This document shows, one piece after another, positions 16,858-20,518 of a stretch of DNA of 20,518 nucleotides. The stretch lies in the UHGV virus genome UHGV-1338495, one strand, 5' to 3'. The notes beneath the pieces were generated by a model. The model searched no databases and was not told the origin of the DNA. It saw nothing but the letters and a program-made list of their open reading frames with translations. Origin of the DNA: a virus. The position numbers were made by a program, and so were the translations under genes. Each line of letters opens with the position of its first letter. Position 1 is the first letter of the stretch.

Positions 16858-18385
16858 CCCCGATCAAATTCATGATATGCCTCATCGTCATCACGATAAC
16901 CGCCCTCCATTGCCCGCGACCGCTCCGGCAGCGCCTGACAGGCTGATTCATCCAGGATGAATCCCTCCATGTATGACGCCCGGTTTGCCATACAGAGTGC
17001 CACGGCAAAATCACCATGGCGGCGGGCGTTCGCAGCCGTTGCGTTCTGGTCCTTCGTGCGCCCCTTGTCGATTTGCGGGATACCATTCACCACCTTCACA
17101 TGGCGCAAATCATCAAGCGTGGTCTGATGGCGGGCGACGAGGATATTCTGATCTTCAAACTCGGCTTTCAGTTTTGGCATCCACTCGCCGTACCACTTCG
17201 GCGACAACATCACGCAGTCGATGATGTCCGGGCCAAAGGCCAGCAGTGCGGCTTCTGCCAGATAGCCGCCGTTACCGGTGGCGTCGAACGCCGCACCGAC
17301 CAGCGCCGGAACGCGGGTCAGGATGTACATCATCACCTGTTCCTGCTGGGCATACGGCAGGTTGCGCAGCTCCACGCGAAACACCTCGCGCTTTGCCAGG
17401 AGTTCGGTGATTTCCAGCAGCACAAAGCAGGACAGGTCACCGGTGCGGGCAAAGTCTTCCCCGAAGCTGAAGCGGGAACGGGGATTTAATTTCTCTAAAA
17501 GCGGTTTTAAATGTTCTTCACACCAGGTTAAAACTTCCGATTCACGCAGCCATGCGGCACGGCTGATGAAGTCGTCCGGGGCTTCAAACGTCAGAATCGG
17601 GATGTCACGAATCATCGCCATTTCAATAAGCGCGTGAGGAATATAGGCACCGCCGGATTTTTTCGGGATACAGCCGTATTCCTCGTCGGCATCCTCACGG
17701 GTCGGGGCGTTTTTGTAGAGATCATCACGCCATTTCTGCTCGCTTTCCGGTGACCATTCCTGATCGGTGACGTAACAGATACGACGGTACAGCCCGTCCG
17801 CAATGGCATCATCCAGGGTTATGCGGTGGACGCTGTAATCCTTGCGCCCCTCGCGGGCTTCCTGAATGTACTGATTAAACAGATTATCGACGCCGTTATG
17901 CGTGGAGATAATACGCACGCGCGCGCCCCACATAGTGAGCGCCATTGCCGCCTTGAGAAGCTCATCCAGTGACTCGTGGAACGCGGCTTCATCAATCACC
18001 ACATCCCCCTGAAGACCGCGCAGGTTTGACGGACGGGAAGACAATGCCTGAATTTTGAATCCACTGTTCGGAAAGCGGATCATGTAGGTCAGAATTTCTT
18101 CTTTTTTATCCCGATCCCAGAANNNNNNNNNNNNNNNNNNNNNNNNNNNNNNNNNNNNNNNNNNNNNNNNNNNNNNNNNNNNNNNNNNNNNNNNNNNNNN
18201 NNNNNNNNNNNNNNNNNNNNNNCAAACCAGCGGGCCTGATAATCCAGAAACACCGGCATATCACCGGGCAAATCAAGGCTGTCCGGCACATCCACGCCCA
18301 GCAGGGCTTTTTCACCGGACAGATCAATTTTGCGGGGAGGTGTCATTTGTATCAGTGAAGGAGACTTTTCTTTGGCTTTGTTCAT
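16848..18385 (-). CDS. Terminase large subunit, Mu gp28-like; interrupted by a 100-N gap
   Basis: ATG at 18385-18383 opens a 54-aa stretch that runs into the gap. On the other side the 411-aa track ORF frame stays open upstream into the Ns (…FWDRDKKEEILTYMIRFPNSG…). The two halves are in different apparent frames, as expected if the true gap length is not 100. Confidence 0.75.
18123..18222. other. Assembly gap (run of exactly 100 N)
   Basis: 100 consecutive N inside the terminase large subunit gene. Confidence 0.95.
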
Positions 18386-18633
18386 CAGGCTTTACCTGTC
18401 AGAATGCTTTTGATTCGGAACTCAAGCTCTTCAGTCATCACGTCCACGCCACTCAACTCATCAGTGACAGCCCCTGCCAGCAGCGAATGCAGTTGTTCCA
18501 GGGATATTTCCCCGGCAATGCTGAGTTCAGTCAACTCACGACACGCTTTTATGGTTTCAGGAGGTAACTGTGTTGCAAGACTGAATGCCTTCTGATGAGC
18601 ACTACTCATCAGTGAGCGGTTATCTGTTACCAC
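18385..18633 (-). CDS. Small protein sharing its C-terminal ~30 aa with the upstream gp27-like protein
   Basis: 82-aa ORF with GTG start preceded by AGGAGGTG. Its TGA stop overlaps the terminase ATG (TGATG). C-terminus …AVTDELSGVDVMTEELEFRIKSILTGKA. Confidence 0.5.
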   Translation of the reverse strand: MVTDNRSLMSSAHQKAFSLATQLPPETIKACRELTELSIAGEISLEQLHSLLAGAVTDELSGVDVMTEELEFRIKSILTGKA

Positions 18634-18643
18634 GATTCACCTC

Positions 18644-19225
18644 CTACGCCTTACCAAGCAGCATCTGCCTGATACGGAATTCTATCTGCTCGCTCATGCC
18701 ATCCACGCCGCGCAACTCGTCGGTGACGGCGTTCGCCATCTCTTCAGCAAATGCGGCCCGGATTTCTTTTTCACGCTTAATGCTGCGCTCGGCGGCACTT
18801 TCCGCACGCTGTGCCGACAGGAGGATGTCCTTAATAAGGCGCATATCCACATCGCTGTCGCTGTTCAGGGATTCGGTGGCGGCACGCAGACGGCGGTACA
18901 TCAGGGCACGGGACATCTCCAGAATCAGTGCCGTGGTTTCACCGGTCGGCTTATCCCCCAGTTCGGCCATCATGGCTTTTGTCTGCTCGCGTAAATCACG
19001 CAGATTACGGGCAATCAGCTCATTACGGGAGGCTTCCCGGCTGATGGCCGCCGGTGAAAGCTGCTGCTCTTCCGGCAGGCCTGCCTCACGGATCAGACGG
19101 TTGATTTCCTCGCGGATCTGGACCTGCGTCAGGCGTTTTTCACGCAGCATTTCCAGCAGCGGCTTACGGATGCTGTCGGGGAGCAAATCCACCTTGCGTA
19201 CACGGCCACGCGTCGGCTTATCCAT
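18644..19225 (-). CDS. Terminase small subunit candidate, Mu gp27-like (DUF3486-type)
   Basis: 193-aa ORF upstream of the terminase large subunit gene. The basic N-terminus (MDKPTRGRVRKVDLLPDSIRKPLLEMLREKRLTQVQI…) is typical of the family as I recall it. Confidence 0.55.
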   Translation of the reverse strand: MDKPTRGRVRKVDLLPDSIRKPLLEMLREKRLTQVQIREEINRLIREAGLPEEQQLSPAAISREASRNELIARNLRDLREQTKAMMAELGDKPTGETTALILEMSRALMYRRLRAATESLNSDSDVDMRLIKDILLSAQRAESAAERSIKREKEIRAAFAEEMANAVTDELRGVDGMSEQIEFRIRQMLLGKA

Positions 19226-19227
19226 CG

Positions 19228-19518
19228 TTACCCCCTTGCGCGTGGTTTCTTCACACCCGGAACAGTGGCACGACCTTCCGCCACATCCTGACCCCGGCCG
19301 GTCAGTTCAGCGATGAAATAACCGTTAACAAGCGTGCGCTTACGCACCAGTCCCTGCTCAGCAAGCCAGGCAATGTGGGTGTGAACGGTGTCGCGGGACA
19401 CGCGGTGGCCGTAATCATCCAGGCAGTCCTGAAGCACGGATTCGCCCAGTTCGCCGTTGTAATCCGCCAGCGACCGCAGAATGACAAGACGCTGATCTTC
19501 AGTAATGAAATCACTCAT
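19228..19518 (-). CDS. Small putative winged-helix DNA-binding protein (Mu gp26 position)
   Basis: 96-aa ORF. Start ATG overlaps the upstream stop (ATGAGTGA). It has an HTH-like segment (…VSRDTVHTHIAWLAEQGLV…) and a basic C-terminus. Confidence 0.45.
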   Translation of the reverse strand: MSDFITEDQRLVILRSLADYNGELGESVLQDCLDDYGHRVSRDTVHTHIAWLAEQGLVRKRTLVNGYFIAELTGRGQDVAEGRATVPGVKKPRARG

Positions 19519-19822
19519 TGTGTTTTTTCCTTACAGCCTGCTCCAGCAGCAGTTCGTTCTGGTGGGAGACGGATTTCAGGGTGGCATTGGTGGCCTTAAG
19601 CTCACCGCGCAGGGTGGTGATTTCGATATTGAGTCTGTTCACCTCCTGCTGCGTGGGCAGGCCGGAAATCCGGCTCTCCACCCGCTCAACCCGGTCGGAG
19701 AGTTTTTCAAAGGCCTCGCGGGGGACAAAGGTTTTGCGCATCAGCGCCATAAAGATCCCCCCGGCCGTGGCTGTTGCCGACAGGATCGGCACGACATAAT
19801 CTTTAACGATGCTGACCCACAT
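19511..19822 (-). CDS. Membrane-anchored coiled-coil protein (DUF2730-like; Mu gp25 position)
   Basis: 103-aa ORF with one N-terminal hydrophobic helix (IVKDYVVPILSATATAGGIFMALM) followed by a charged, heptad-like region. Confidence 0.5.
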   Translation of the reverse strand: MWVSIVKDYVVPILSATATAGGIFMALMRKTFVPREAFEKLSDRVERVESRISGLPTQQEVNRLNIEITTLRGELKATNATLKSVSHQNELLLEQAVRKKHNE

Positions 19823-20030
19823 GACCGGCCTCCATGATGCTCTGGCAGTTCACACAACGGATGGCATCCGGCACGGCAACCAGACGGGCGGCCGGAATGT
19901 CACCCCCGCAGTCTGCGCATACACGCCTGCCCGGAGTATCCTCCACCCGGCACTTACGTGTCAGCCGGTCACAAAGGGCGCGTTCTGTTGCCCGCTCCAC
20001 GACTGCCTGAGCACAATCTGAATCATCCAT
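19803..20030 (-). CDS. TraR/DksA-family C4 zinc-finger protein
   Basis: I place the start at ATG 20030-20028, preceded by GGAAAAAGG, giving 75 aa: MDDSDCAQAVVERATERALCDRLTRKCRVEDTPGRRVCADCGGDIPAARLVAVPDAIRCVNCQ…. It has the CxxC-(17)-CxxC spacing of TraR/DksA zinc fingers. Confidence 0.7.
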   Translation of the reverse strand: MDDSDCAQAVVERATERALCDRLTRKCRVEDTPGRRVCADCGGDIPAARLVAVPDAIRCVNCQSIMEAGHVGQHR

Positions 20031-20040
20031 ACCTTTTTCC

Positions 20041-20316
20041 TTACTTCGTCTTTCCTGCCGGAACAGCAGTCGTTCCGGCCATATCAGTAAATTCATGCTG
20101 TCGCTGTGCCTCCAGACGGCGGATGCTGGCCTTGTCCACGTTGCAGTTCTTAATCACCGCCAGCAGTTGCAGGTTGTAAGTGACCGATGCGCCAAACGTG
20201 AACGGCTGCGGCACAGAAGGGACCAGACAGTCAGCCAGCCATTCAGCGGGGATCGGCACCGGCTTCACCGGCACGTATTTCACAGACGGCCCGCCGCACC
20301 CGGTCAGCCACATCAT
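20041..20316 (-). CDS. o-spanin (Rz1-like outer-membrane lipoprotein)
   Basis: Reading frame +1 relative to Rz. From Met at 20316 the product starts MMWLTGC (lipobox LTGC) followed by a Pro-rich segment (GGPSVKYVPVKPVPIPAEW). It begins inside Rz and extends about 200 nt past the Rz stop. An alternative start at 20412 would give a longer signal peptide. Confidence 0.55.
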   Translation of the reverse strand: MMWLTGCGGPSVKYVPVKPVPIPAEWLADCLVPSVPQPFTFGASVTYNLQLLAVIKNCNVDKASIRRLEAQRQHEFTDMAGTTAVPAGKTK

Positions 20317-20518
20317 CAGGCACAGGAACAGAGGCCGCAGGCACCGTTGCCAGCGACCGGCGGACAATGCTCTGCTGTTCCTCGCTGTGCTGCATGTTCT
20401 GCTGTTTTTCATTCGTGGCCGCCTTACTGATTTGTGAAATGAGTTGCAGGGTGCGTTGCTGGTTTGCCAGCACCAGACGGGCTTCGTCCCGTTCACGCAC
20501 AAGCACATGATTATTGTC
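20243..20518 (-). CDS. i-spanin (Rz-like); 5' end beyond the right edge of the window
   Basis: The frame is open to the window edge. The visible part is a charged, coiled-coil-like region (…RERDEARLVLANQQRTLQLISQISKAATNEKQQ…) with the o-spanin gene overlapping in another frame. Confidence 0.5.
   Translation of the reverse strand, partial: DNNHVLVRERDEARLVLANQQRTLQLISQISKAATNEKQQNMQHSEEQQSIVRRSLATVPAASVPVPDDVADRVRRAVCEIRAGEAGADPR

Noticed and set aside
18585-19316. 243-aa plus-strand ORF antisense to the gp27-like and winged-helix genes
   Set aside because: Ser/Arg-rich low-complexity translation, opposite two coupled minus-strand genes, and no start context. Spurious.
20031-20096. Longer start for the TraR-like ORF (track start at 20096)
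   Set aside because: The first 22 residues are not zinc-finger-like and would overlap the o-spanin 3' end. The ATG at 20030 has a good ribosome-binding site and gives the typical family length of about 75 aa.
1-20518. CRISPR arrays, IS elements, integrase or attachment sites, rRNA/tRNA genes, and defence systems (restriction-modification, toxin-antitoxin, abortive infection)
   Set aside because: I looked for direct repeats with spacers, transposase or recombinase-like ORFs and stand-alone plus-strand genes and found none. All credible coding capacity is accounted for by phage morphogenesis and lysis genes. The two N gaps are the only places where something could be hidden.

Overview
The window is the late (morphogenesis) region of a Mu-like transposable prophage. 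Every gene I can support is on the minus strand, read from high to low coordinates: spanins (Rz/Rz1, Rz cut by the window end), a TraR/DksA zinc-finger protein, three small proteins, a gp27-like terminase small subunit candidate, terminase large subunit, portal, MuF, G, protease/scaffold I, major head protein, gp35-38-like proteins, sheath, tube, tail assembly chaperone, tape measure, DNA circulation protein, baseplate hub, spike, gp46/J/gp48-like baseplate proteins, and the start of a tail fiber running off the left edge. Product calls rest on my recognition of protein motifs and on Mu gene order; no database search was run. Two runs of exactly 100 N (15748-15847, 18123-18222) interrupt the portal/MuF genes and the terminase large subunit gene. 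I see no rRNA, tRNA, CRISPR array, IS element or integrase in the window, and I did not find a discrete undescribed system such as a defence island. The observations most worth a second look are: (1) an extra 82-aa ORF that carries a diverged copy of the C-terminal 30 aa of the gp27-like protein and is translationally coupled to the terminase gene; (2) a +1-frame overlapping ORF at the end of the tail assembly chaperone gene; (3) a structured, partly tRNA-like element between the MuF and G genes; (4) the TraR-like protein. Between about 14550 and 15000 my reading of the printed sequence disagrees with the ORF track by one base, so non-CDS coordinates there may be off by 1-2 nt; CDS coordinates follow the track.
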